A DNA stretch of 64,000 nucleotides, from contig JAQWWH010000065.1 in the NCBI GenBank assembly GCA_029255105.1, positions 3,670 through 67,669 on the forward strand, given 5' to 3'. Numbering within the stretch: the stretch's first letter is position 1; each line of letters opens with the position of its first letter. The notes beneath the pieces were generated by a model. That model was not told where the DNA came from. It searched no databases and was given only the letters and a program-made list of their open reading frames with translations. Below are positions 1-8,646 of this stretch, one piece after another. The translations under genes and the position numbers were made by a program. The DNA is from Flavimaricola sp. GTDB taxonomy: Bacteria > Pseudomonadota > Alphaproteobacteria > Rhodobacterales > Rhodobacteraceae.

Positions 1-869
1 GTGTAGGTCTGGTTCTGGTCGACAAAGGGCGTTGTCGTGTTCTCTGCGTTGTTGTCCGCGTCAACTTTGGCGCGTGTGACGGCCATGAAACGCAGGTGGG
101 TCGGCAGGTCGTCGCCCTGAGCCACTCCGTTCACGACGCCACTATACATACCATCATCACCCAGGACGAGCGGATCGTCGATGTTCAGCGGGATATAGAC
201 GGTGCCGTTTTCAGCCTTTGGGATCAGGTCGAGGCCGTGATCGAAGAACTGACCAAAGAAGGTCATCCAGCTGTTGTAGCTAGGCGACAGGCCGATGTCG
301 GGCGACAGGTTGGGAATGTAGGTGATGTCGTCGTTGGTGACGTAGACCCCGTTTGTGGCCATCGCTTCACCCGGACGCAGCGGGATGGCATCTGCCCCGT
401 GGACCTCTTGGAACTTGGCCAGGGAAAGCGGGTTGTTGAACCAGGCATCAACGGCGGCCGGGTTGTCGACGGTCTGGTTGACCACAAGGTTGGAAATCGT
501 CCGCGGGGACGAGTCGACGACGTTGCCGGCAACGCCATAGTCACCTTGGACCAATGGGTCCATGCTGCCGGGAGCCGGACCGTCAAAGTCGATCGAACCG
601 ACACCAATGTCCCGGAAGTCCGGCGTGCTCAGACGCGGGATCGGTTGATCGGCGGCACCCCAATTCGGGTTGGCCAGATTGTTCAGCGTGCCCGATACCG
701 TCCGCAGACCGACGGGCAGAATATTGGCGTCCCCAGCGGACACGCCGTATTCGGCCATGATAGCCTCAACCAGATCCGTACCATTTGAATGCGCTTCGGA
801 AACTCTGATTTGGCGAAGAATGAATTCCAGGTCAGCCTGGTTCACGTGAAAGAAGGTGTTGCCGGCCAT
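1..869 (-). CDS. animal-type heme peroxidase family protein, N-terminal part (gene runs off the left edge)
   Basis: I translated the minus strand from the ATG (complement of 867-869): MAGNTFFHVNQADLEFILRQIRVSEAHS...SYNSWMTFFGQFFDHGLDLIPK...TTTPFVDQNQTYT. The FGQFxDHxLD and VDxxQxY motifs are signatures of the peroxidase-cyclooxygenase superfamily. The gene is absent from the ORF track because it has no stop in the window. The + ORF 96..788 is its antisense shadow. Confidence 0.8.
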   Translation of the reverse strand, partial: MAGNTFFHVNQADLEFILRQIRVSEAHSNGTDLVEAIMAEYGVSAGDANILPVGLRTVSGTLNNLANPNWGAADQPIPRLSTPDFRDIGVGSIDFDGPAPGSMDPLVQGDYGVAGNVVDSSPRTISNLVVNQTVDNPAAVDAWFNNPLSLAKFQEVHGADAIPLRPGEAMATNGVYVTNDDITYIPNLSPDIGLSPSYNSWMTFFGQFFDHGLDLIPKAENGTVYIPLNIDDPLVLGDDGMYSGVVNGVAQGDDLPTHLRFMAVTRAKVDADNNAENTTTPFVDQNQTY

Positions 870-1281
870 AATGTCGTCCCCCATTGGATGCGCCGCCTTT
901 GGCGTCGCGAGATTTTTGTGGCCGCTGCGGCGCACACAGAATTGTTATCGGTCTTGTCTGGACGTCGCGTGCTGGGCAGCCAGCTTAAGTGCGACGGACA
1001 ATGCGACCCTATGGCCTACAACCTATCGACCCCGGGGCTGGGACATCAGGCCGCGAAGTTGGACAAAATTTGGGACCAAGTGCGCGAAAGAAATTGGACC
1101 TTAGTCTGATGGAATCGTTGGGCCTATAGCTGAGCCGCGCAGAAACGACGGCCAGAAATTAACGTAGCCCTTTGATTTCACTTATGTTACTGACGAAGTA
1201 TATATTTCGGCCCTTGACCCACGCATGGTCGAGGTCAGACCTTTCGGACTGCCACATTTTGAAAATGATTAAGGTATTGAG

Positions 1282-2694
1282 ATGGCGATTCTTGGCCAAG
1301 CCCCCGAGGTCCAATCGGCCCTCGTCGATGATGAGAAAGCCAGGCCACTGGATGCGCCAACTCCTCAATCCAAGCTGATCAGCGTTGAGGATGTATTTTA
1401 CCTTCTCGCGGCGATCATCGCGTTTGGTCTCATTCTTTATCTGTTGGGTCTGTCCATCGTTCAGCAATTTCGCGACGCAGAATCCCGGTCCGCCGCAATG
1501 GCGAACAAGGCCTATACTCAAGGCATCCTGGACCCGCTTGTCACAGAATTGGCCGAAGAAGGGACTTTGACGTCGGCTCATAACGACAGGGTCAATGAAG
1601 TTCTTGGCAATACGTCGCTTGGGAAACACTTGATCGGATTGGTGATCTGGGACCTCAAGGGAGAGGTGGCCTTTACAACTCTGGAAGGCCGATTTGAGAG
1701 CGCCTTGGGCAGCGAAGAGTTTCAAGCAGCCCTGAACGGCGATCTCGGGATCGAATTGCACCTTGAGAACGTCGAAAATCCGGGCGTTCCGATCCCGGTT
1801 CCCTACTTTGAAGTCTACGTGCCGCTTTACGGTGCAAACAGCACGACGCCAGTTGCCATTGGTGAAGTCTACACCGACGCGACCGCCATGCTGGAAGAGA
1901 TGGCATCGGCAGAGGCGACCGTCTGGTGGTCGCTTGGTGGCGGTCTCTTGGGGCTATCCGCACTCGCCTTCATCGCCATGCTACTTCGCTCGCGCCTTGC
2001 GCACCAGCTTGAGGTGGCGCGAAACCTTGCCAAGCTTAACAAGCACTACCGCGAGCGTGCGGTGCGCGAAAGGATTGCCGCCACTCAGTCGAACGAACAG
2101 CTTCTGAACATTCTAGGCGCCGAAATCCATGACGGACCTGTCCAGATGCTAAGCCTGTTGATGCTGACCCTTGGCCGTGGCGATGGGCCGCCACCAAAGA
2201 ACATCGCGATGGACAAACGAGATCTGGCAGAACACATCATGTCCGATCTTCGGGCCATCTCGGGCGGATTGATCCTACCTGAAATCCGCAACCTGAGCCT
2301 GAGCAACGCCCTGAGGTTGGCCGTGACGCGACACCAGAAGATGACAGGTGATACGATCGTGGCGGATGTTGCCCACTTGCCGACCAAAGTTGACGCGGGT
2401 CTTGCCATTTGCCTTTACAGGTTCGTGCAAGAGGGGCTGAGCAATTCCTATAAATACGCCTCGCCGGGCGGCGTCACAGTGGTTGCGACAGCAGACGACA
2501 AGACGATCGACATCACGATCAGTGACCAAGACACCAAGGCCGACACGCCAAAGTCGTCCATGACCAAAAACAGCGGCCTCGGACTACAGGGCATCCGTAA
2601 CCGGTTGGCTGTCTATGGTGGTGTCATTTCGCTGACCGACAACGATCGCGGTGGAAAGGATCTTCACTTGACGGTCGAGCTTTTGCCCCAGTAG
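1282..2694 (+). CDS. sensor histidine kinase, NarL/HisKA_3 class, with two TM segments flanking a periplasmic domain
   Basis: 470-aa ORF. TM helices VFYLLAAIIAFGLILYLLGL and WWSLGGGLLGLSALAFIAML. Phospho-His box LGAEIHDGPVQMLSLL. ATPase boxes VQEGLSNSYKYA and GLGLQGIRNRLAVYGG. Confidence 0.85.
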   Translation: MAILGQAPEVQSALVDDEKARPLDAPTPQSKLISVEDVFYLLAAIIAFGLILYLLGLSIVQQFRDAESRSAAMANKAYTQGILDPLVTELAEEGTLTSAHNDRVNEVLGNTSLGKHLIGLVIWDLKGEVAFTTLEGRFESALGSEEFQAALNGDLGIELHLENVENPGVPIPVPYFEVYVPLYGANSTTPVAIGEVYTDATAMLEEMASAEATVWWSLGGGLLGLSALAFIAMLLRSRLAHQLEVARNLAKLNKHYRERAVRERIAATQSNEQLLNILGAEIHDGPVQMLSLLMLTLGRGDGPPPKNIAMDKRDLAEHIMSDLRAISGGLILPEIRNLSLSNALRLAVTRHQKMTGDTIVADVAHLPTKVDAGLAICLYRFVQEGLSNSYKYASPGGVTVVATADDKTIDITISDQDTKADTPKSSMTKNSGLGLQGIRNRLAVYGGVISLTDNDRGGKDLHLTVELLPQ

Positions 2695-2763
2695 CAGGAT
2701 GGCCGGCCCAAACGGGCGACCAAAGCCATCGATGAGGACTTTGTCCGGATCAGGACAGGCCGA

Positions 2764-3438
2764 TCAGGCCACCCCTGTACCATGACCGGTCGCGGTATCC
2801 GCCAACCCAAGTTCCTGGGCGGCAAGCACGACTTCGATCCGGTTGCGGACGTTCATCTTTTGCATGATGACCGTCATGTAGTGTTTGACTGTCTTGTCGC
2901 TGATCGCAAGGACATCAGCGATTTCCTTGTTCGTCTGGCCCTGCAACAGCAGGCGCAGCACTTGCTCTTCGCGGACGCTGAAACGGCAGGCCTCGCGTGC
3001 TGTCCGCCGCAAGGATGCAGAGCGAAGGCCCGACACCACCTTGGAGGCAAAGCTTGGCGAAATATAGCTTTCTCCGCCGTGCACCTGTTCGATAGCCTCT
3101 TTGAGATCGGTGATGCTGCTGCCCTTCAATACGTATCCGGCAGCCCCCGCTTCAAGCGCCGCGATGGCATAGTCAACACCCGTGACGGCGGTGAAGGCCA
3201 GAACCTTCGTCTTGGCACCGCTCGTCGAGATTTGCTTGATGGTGTTAAGCACATCCCCAGGCATGTTCAGGTCCATCAACATGATGTCGGGCGTGTGCTT
3301 CTTGCTAAGCGCCAGGGCGCTACTCGCATCGCCCCCAGTCCCGACAACCCTGAGATTTGGCTCTGAATTCAACAATGAAACGATGCCCAACAGCAGAACC
3401 GGGTGGTCGTCGGCAAGACAGATTTCAATAGGCTTCAT
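2764..3438 (-). CDS. response regulator, REC + LuxR/NarL-type HTH
   Basis: 224 aa. The receiver domain has DDHPV...IMLMDLNMPG. The C-terminal HTH is LLLQGQTNKEIADVLAISDKTVKHYMTVIMQKMNV. It is convergent with the kinase. Confidence 0.9.
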   Translation of the reverse strand: MKPIEICLADDHPVLLLGIVSLLNSEPNLRVVGTGGDASSALALSKKHTPDIMLMDLNMPGDVLNTIKQISTSGAKTKVLAFTAVTGVDYAIAALEAGAAGYVLKGSSITDLKEAIEQVHGGESYISPSFASKVVSGLRSASLRRTAREACRFSVREEQVLRLLLQGQTNKEIADVLAISDKTVKHYMTVIMQKMNVRNRIEVVLAAQELGLADTATGHGTGVA

Positions 3439-4130
3439 GAATTCACTTCCATCAAATAAGGCAGCACAACAAATAATCGACGCGTTGTAGTCTCAACTTA
3501 GGCTAGAATCCGCCTAAGTACACCGGCTTCTTTGTGCTTGCAGGCGAGCAAATTTGTAAAGACCAACCGGAAAGGTCTGCGAATCGCCACGCCGACGCAG
3601 GGCGACTTAATGGCCCCGGATCGGCAAAACCAAACAAACTCAATTTATTAGGTATGCCATTGTCGAGATTGGGCGTTGATGCGCTTCGTTGACAAAGAGG
3701 GATAGTTCAAAATCGAAACAGTGTGTTCCTTTATCCAAATGCGCCATCAATAGCCACAATGAGGGTATTTTGACACAGTTTACTCTCCTTTAAGTTGTGT
3801 TATTCCCAGCAACTCGCCCATTTCTGGGCCTCAGATGGCCTGAATCCGATTCGTCCACAGGTAGAATGTGTCCTTCCCGTGGCACCATCATGTAGAGGTC
3901 CGTCAGGCTTATCCAATTGGAACGAACAGGGCGGAGCTGGTATGATCCAGACGCTCCAGGGTAGATGTGCGGTTTCCGGCCCAATGCCTGTCAAACAATG
4001 AGTGAAAATCACAGTTGAGGCCTCTCGGGGTGCAAACTTCAGCAATTCCGCACAGGAAACGAAGGGGGCGTCGGGTAAAACAAAATCCGCTGAAACTGCA
4101 AAAACAATTGCTTAGCAAAGTCCTAATTCT

Positions 4131-4194
4131 ATTGTTTCCATATTGGAAACTTGATACTTTATTGTTTCGTATTTGGAAACAATAAAGTATCAAG
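4131..4194. promoter_or_regulatory. two related palindromic sites, candidate tandem operators and/or a long hairpin, upstream of the sugar-kinase operon
   Basis: Site 1 at 4134-4150 is GTTTCCA-TAT-TGGAAAC. Site 2 has perfect 19-bp arms: 4150-4168 CTTGATACTTTATTGTTTC and 4176-4194 GAAACAATAAAGTATCAAG, with a 7-nt spacer. The ATTGTTTC...GGAAAC core recurs 30 bp apart (4131 and 4161). The sites lie about 160 bp upstream of the ATG at 4357. Confidence 0.6.
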
Positions 4195-4356
4195 ACAACC
4201 GATGCCTTTCGACCGGCAGATTGATGCCTTGCGCGAGGCCAAGTCGCCCGTCCTCGATCGTGGCAACAAGATACTGACGGCAATGGAAGTTTGGTGTGTA
4301 CGTCTGTATGGGTATTGGGCGGTCTACAGGACGGCAAGGCACACTCCGAGGGACCC

Positions 4357-5277
4357 ATGATCATCACCGGTGGCGAACTGTTGGTAGAGTTCGTGTCGCA
4401 TGCGCCCGGCTGCGGTCTGGCCAGAACGGTCGCGTTTTCAGGTCCTTACCCCAGTGGCGCCCCGGCGATCTTTGCCGATCAAGCAGCCCGGGTCGGGGCG
4501 GAAGTGCAGCTGTTCGGCTGTGTCGGGCGCGATCCGTTCGGGGATTTGTTGATCGACCGCCTAAGGCCAGACGGGGTTGACGTCCGTCAGGTTGCGCGCA
4601 GCACTGGCAAAACGACAGGAACTGCTTTCGTTTCGTACCACCCGGACGGAAGCCGGGTGTTTGTGTTCCATCTTGACGGCACGGCGGCAGATCAGATCGA
4701 GGCAGTGCCCGTCATCATGCCCGGCGCCCTCTTCCATGTCTCGGGCGCATCGCTTGGCAATCCCCACCTGCGGGCCGTCATCCTTGAGGCTGTCGATCAG
4801 GCCCGGTCCGTAGGTCGCGTCAGCTATGACCCCAACATCCGACCGGAATTGATGCAAGATCCGTTGATCCGGCCGTACATCGACCAGATCGTGGCCGCAT
4901 CCGACATCCTTCTTCCCAGCCAGGAGGACCTTGAGGCCCTCTATCCCGGAACCACGCCTGAGGCATTCATCCGCGACATGCTTGGCGCTGGGAAAAAGGT
5001 GGTTGTGGTCAAGCGCGGGGCCATGGGCGCGATCGGGTCGAACGGCGGCCCCTTGATCACGGTGCCGCCCCTTTTGGTGGACGAGGTCGATCCGACAGGG
5101 GCCGGAGACTGCTTTTGCGGCACTCTTCTGGGTCTGCTCGACCAGGGGCGGGACTTCGAATATGCCTTGAGGGCGGCCAATGTGGCTGGGGCCCTTCACG
5201 TCACACGGCGCGGTCCGATGGAGTGGAACCCCACCCTGAACGACATTCGTCCGTATCTTGAACCTGCAGGAGTTTGA
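4357..5277 (+). CDS. PfkB-family sugar kinase (ribokinase-like)
   Basis: Motifs GAPAIFADQAARVG near the N-terminus and DPTGAGDCFCG near the C-terminus. I chose the internal ATG at 4357 (MIITGGELLVEF), which follows GAGGG, over the track start at 4291. Confidence 0.85.
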   Translation: MIITGGELLVEFVSHAPGCGLARTVAFSGPYPSGAPAIFADQAARVGAEVQLFGCVGRDPFGDLLIDRLRPDGVDVRQVARSTGKTTGTAFVSYHPDGSRVFVFHLDGTAADQIEAVPVIMPGALFHVSGASLGNPHLRAVILEAVDQARSVGRVSYDPNIRPELMQDPLIRPYIDQIVAASDILLPSQEDLEALYPGTTPEAFIRDMLGAGKKVVVVKRGAMGAIGSNGGPLITVPPLLVDEVDPTGAGDCFCGTLLGLLDQGRDFEYALRAANVAGALHVTRRGPMEWNPTLNDIRPYLEPAGV

Positions 5278-5279
5278 TC

Positions 5280-6530
5280 ATGGACCTCAAGAAACTCGTC
5301 GCCCTGAACCGGTCCGGAACCCCGCAGGCCTTGCCAAGCTTCTGTACCGCCAACGCCTATGTCCTGGACGATCTTCTGGGCTTTGCCGCCTCGCGCAACC
5401 TGCCCGTGCTGATCGAGGCGACCTGCAATCAGGTCAATCAGTTCGGGGGCTATACCGGCCTGACCCCGGCCGCCTACGCGGCGAGTATCCGTCAAAAGGC
5501 CCACGCGGCCGGATTGGCCGCAAACCAGCTTATCCTTGGCGGCGATCATCTGGGCCCCAATCCATGGAAGCATTTGCCTGCCGCGGACGCGATGGAAAGG
5601 GCCCTCGCACTGGTCAAAGCCTATGTCGAGGCTGGTTTTACCAAAATCCACCTGGACGCCAGCATGCCCTGCGGGGGCGAGCCTGTGCCCAGCTTTGAGC
5701 AGGTTGCTGAACGGTCAGCCGACCTTTGCGCTGTGGCTGAAGCCCATGCACCCGACCCCGGCCTTCTAAGCTATGTCATCGGAACGGAGGTTCCGGTGCC
5801 GGGTGGGGAGGCTGATGATATGGCAGGCATCGCGGTCACATCCCCGGCCCGGCTGGCAGAGACGATTGACACTCACAAGATCGCGTTTGCTGCGCGGGGG
5901 GTCCCGCAGGGGATCGATCGGGCGATCGCCGTGGTGGTCCAGCCCGGCGTCGACTTTTCCCACGACAGCATATTTCACTACGATGGCGACAAGGCCGCCG
6001 GCCTTGCCAAGGCTATCGGACAATATGACGGCCTCGCGTTCGAGGCGCATTCGACCGACTATCAAGCCACCGACAGCCTTGCCGCTCTGGTCGCGGACCA
6101 TTCCGTCATCCTCAAGGTCGGGCCCGAGATCACCTTTCGCTTTCGCGAAGGGATCATGGCCCTCGACCAGATCGAGGCGCTTCTTGGCCTGCCTGATCCC
6201 GCCCGCGTGATGGAGGCCGTTGTCCGGGCCATGCAGGACGCCCCTTCGGACTGGTCGAACTATTATCAGGGCACGCCCGAAGCCATCCGCATCCTGCAAT
6301 TGTTCAGCTATAGCGACCGCATTCGCTACTATTGGGACAAGCCCGCCGTTTCCGAGGCGCTTCGCAAGTTGATCGCGAACCTGACCATTGCCGGGCTGCC
6401 TGCTGCCATCGCCACCCAGTTCGGCACCGACTTCCCCATCCGTGCGGACAGCGTCGACCCACGAAGCCTTGTCACCCAGCGCGTCGCCACCACAGCAGAG
6501 CGGTACTACCGCGCGTGCGGCTGGCTGTAG
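5280..6530 (+). CDS. GatZ/KbaZ-family protein (class II tagatose-bisphosphate aldolase accessory / tagatose-6-phosphate epimerase family)
   Basis: About 416 aa, starting MDLKKLVALNRSGTPQALPSFCTANAYVL, with an overall GatZ/KbaZ-like layout. It is translationally coupled to the kinase (the TGA at 5275-5277 lies just before the ATG at 5280; GCAGGAG RBS). Confidence 0.75.
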   Translation: MDLKKLVALNRSGTPQALPSFCTANAYVLDDLLGFAASRNLPVLIEATCNQVNQFGGYTGLTPAAYAASIRQKAHAAGLAANQLILGGDHLGPNPWKHLPAADAMERALALVKAYVEAGFTKIHLDASMPCGGEPVPSFEQVAERSADLCAVAEAHAPDPGLLSYVIGTEVPVPGGEADDMAGIAVTSPARLAETIDTHKIAFAARGVPQGIDRAIAVVVQPGVDFSHDSIFHYDGDKAAGLAKAIGQYDGLAFEAHSTDYQATDSLAALVADHSVILKVGPEITFRFREGIMALDQIEALLGLPDPARVMEAVVRAMQDAPSDWSNYYQGTPEAIRILQLFSYSDRIRYYWDKPAVSEALRKLIANLTIAGLPAAIATQFGTDFPIRADSVDPRSLVTQRVATTAERYYRACGWL

Positions 6531-6751
6531 CGCCCCTTTCGCCAGCGGGCGACATGTTTGCCGATTGCCCAATAAACCGCCGTCCTTGACGCCCAATTGG
6601 CTGAATTGACCCATTCGGCGCCTGGTCCGGCCGAGCCGATTGAATTTGGGCGTGGTTCTGACTGTTGCGCCTTTCGTTGGTGCAGCTTCGTTGCTCAAAC
6701 TCGCAACCGAGGGGGCCGTTTTTGCCCGTATCTTACCAAAAGGACATTCTG

Positions 6752-7141
6752 ATGCTTGAGATCATGCGACACCTTGTGGACGGCGGGCCGAAGACGGTCG
6801 GCCCGTTTCATCATGCGGTCAGCGCGGGCGACTTTCACTTTATCACCGGCCAGATGCCGACCCTGCCCGACGATCCGACCAAGGTTGTCGCTGGCGGGAT
6901 CGAGGAACAGACCGCCCGCGTTATGGACAATCTCGCGCTGGTGCTTGACGGGCTGGGCAGCGGCTTTGATCGGGTCGTCTTTGCCCGCGTCTATCTGGTC
7001 AACTTTCAGGACCTGTACCGTATGAACGCGGTCTATACCCGCTATTTCCAATCCGACCAATTACCGGCCCGGACCTGCATCGGAGTGACCGGCCTTGCCG
7101 TCGGCGCGCTGGTCGAGGTCGATCTGATCGTGGCCCGCTAG
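6752..7141 (+). CDS. RidA/YjgF/L-PSP family protein
   Basis: MLEIMRHLVDGGPKTVGPFHHAVSAGDFHFITGQMP...ARTCIGVTGLAVGALVEVDLI is the typical RidA fold sequence. I chose the internal start at 6752 rather than 6665. Confidence 0.85.
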   Translation: MLEIMRHLVDGGPKTVGPFHHAVSAGDFHFITGQMPTLPDDPTKVVAGGIEEQTARVMDNLALVLDGLGSGFDRVVFARVYLVNFQDLYRMNAVYTRYFQSDQLPARTCIGVTGLAVGALVEVDLIVAR

Positions 7142-7206
7142 GGTCCAAAGGGGCAGAGGCAAAGCGTACGGCGCCGCCGCGACACAAACAGACAGGAGGT
7201 TGCCCG

Positions 7207-8646
7207 ATGATGCCCCCCCTCAGGATCGCGCAGACCAAGGTTGCCCTTGTCGACCCCCACGACTGCACCGACGCCTCCGATGTCCTGACGCTGTTGCAGG
7301 CCCTGTGCGACAGCCTTGTCCGGCGGCACGGTGCAGGCTTCGCACCGCGACTGGCGCAAAGCTGGACAGTCTCGGACGACGCCTGCCACTTTACCTTTGT
7401 CCTGCGCCCCGGGCTAGTGTTCCACGATGGCAGCCCCCTGACGGCTGAGGACGTCTGCGCAAACCTCAGGCGGATGGCTCGTCCCGACAAGGGCTACACC
7501 CTTGGCGCGCCCGGCGTCTGGCATCAGTTTCTGGGCGACGCCATAATCGAGGCGACCGATGCGCGGACCCTGACCATCGCCCTATCCCGCCCGATCGCGG
7601 ATCTTCTCGATATCCTCGCGCAGGGGTTCATCGTGGCCCCGTCCTGCCTGCCCCGGCTCGACGCAGGCCATCTTGATGCCCTGATCGGTTCTGGGCCCTA
7701 CCGGCTATCGGACCAAACGGCGGACCATGTCACGGCCATCGCCCATGACGGTCACTTTGCCGGTCCCCCGCCCCATCCAATTGTCGAATGGACTGCCGTA
7801 CCCGACCCAGCGACGCGTCTTGCCCTTTTGCAGGATGGCAAGGTCGACGTGGCAAGCCGGGTCAGCGGTACTGCGAAACCAACGCAGGTGATCCTGACCA
7901 ATCATGTCGACCCCGTCGCGATCATCTACCTGTTCAACACAGCACGCGGTCCGCTTGCCTCGGCCGACCTGCGCCGTGCGCTGCATCTGGCGGTGGACCG
8001 CCCTGCCCTGATCCGCAACGTGCTTGGCGGCGCGGCGGTTCCGCTGCATGGCTTTGTCAGCGACGTCCACTTTGGAGCCGTGCCCGGCACACCGGCCCCC
8101 TATGACCCCGAAACCGCCCGCGCCCTTTTGGCCAAGGCGGGCTACGGCGGCGGGCTGACGCTCAAGGTGGATTGCCCGACCCGACTGCCGGACGAGGCCG
8201 TTGCCCTGACCGGCGTCCTCGCCGAACAACTGGCCAAGGTCGGGGTCACCCTTGACGTCACCTATCACGAGGACCGCGAAGCCTACGCCCATATGGTGCG
8301 CCGCAAAGAGATCGGGGACATGTGCGTCTTTGATTCCAGCCCGATGAGCACCTTTCGGGTGATCTATGAAAAGCTCGACGCCCGCGTCGCGGGGTCATGG
8401 TGGCAGGGCTATCACAATCCAGCGGTTGAGGCCTGCCTGGACGAAGCGCGCGGAACCACCGATGACGCGGCCCGCGCGGTGATCTACCAAAGGGCCTATG
8501 CCGCGCTGCAGGAGGACCCGCCTTGGCTGTATCTGTACAACCCCGTGCGCACGATAGGCCTTGCGCCCGCATTGGCCGGTTTCACCATGGCCCCCGATGG
8601 CGTTCTTGATGTCACCGCGCTGCCATCCCCGGAAGCCTCTCCCTAA
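7207..8646 (+). CDS. family-5 (peptide/nickel type) solute-binding-protein homologue lacking a signal peptide
   Basis: 479 aa. SBP_bac_5-like motifs LAQSWTVSDDACHFTFVLRPGLVFHDGSPLTAEDV. A strong AGGAGG RBS sits 8 nt upstream of the ATG. The protein starts directly at the mature-domain sequence (MMPPLRIAQTKVALVDPHD). Confidence 0.75.
   Translation: MMPPLRIAQTKVALVDPHDCTDASDVLTLLQALCDSLVRRHGAGFAPRLAQSWTVSDDACHFTFVLRPGLVFHDGSPLTAEDVCANLRRMARPDKGYTLGAPGVWHQFLGDAIIEATDARTLTIALSRPIADLLDILAQGFIVAPSCLPRLDAGHLDALIGSGPYRLSDQTADHVTAIAHDGHFAGPPPHPIVEWTAVPDPATRLALLQDGKVDVASRVSGTAKPTQVILTNHVDPVAIIYLFNTARGPLASADLRRALHLAVDRPALIRNVLGGAAVPLHGFVSDVHFGAVPGTPAPYDPETARALLAKAGYGGGLTLKVDCPTRLPDEAVALTGVLAEQLAKVGVTLDVTYHEDREAYAHMVRRKEIGDMCVFDSSPMSTFRVIYEKLDARVAGSWWQGYHNPAVEACLDEARGTTDDAARAVIYQRAYAALQEDPPWLYLYNPVRTIGLAPALAGFTMAPDGVLDVTALPSPEASP

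Noticed and set aside
96-788. 230-aa + strand ORF, the longest track ORF at the left edge
   Set aside because: It has an Arg/Val/Gly/Asp-rich antisense-type composition. The opposite strand translates into a clean heme-peroxidase sequence with family motifs.
3790-4367. Cluster of 64-152-aa ORFs in the low-GC spacer
   Set aside because: They overlap one another in several frames and have Cys/Arg/Ser-rich sequences with no starts backed by an RBS. I treat the stretch as non-coding.
5766-6698. 310-aa minus-strand ORF. The same applies to 28795-29781 (328 aa), 13081-13983 (300 aa), 22045-22893 (282 aa), 34520-35341 (273 aa) and 36555-37298 (247 aa).
   Set aside because: All lie opposite well-supported genes in a high-GC genome, where long spurious antisense ORFs are expected. 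None shows family motifs.
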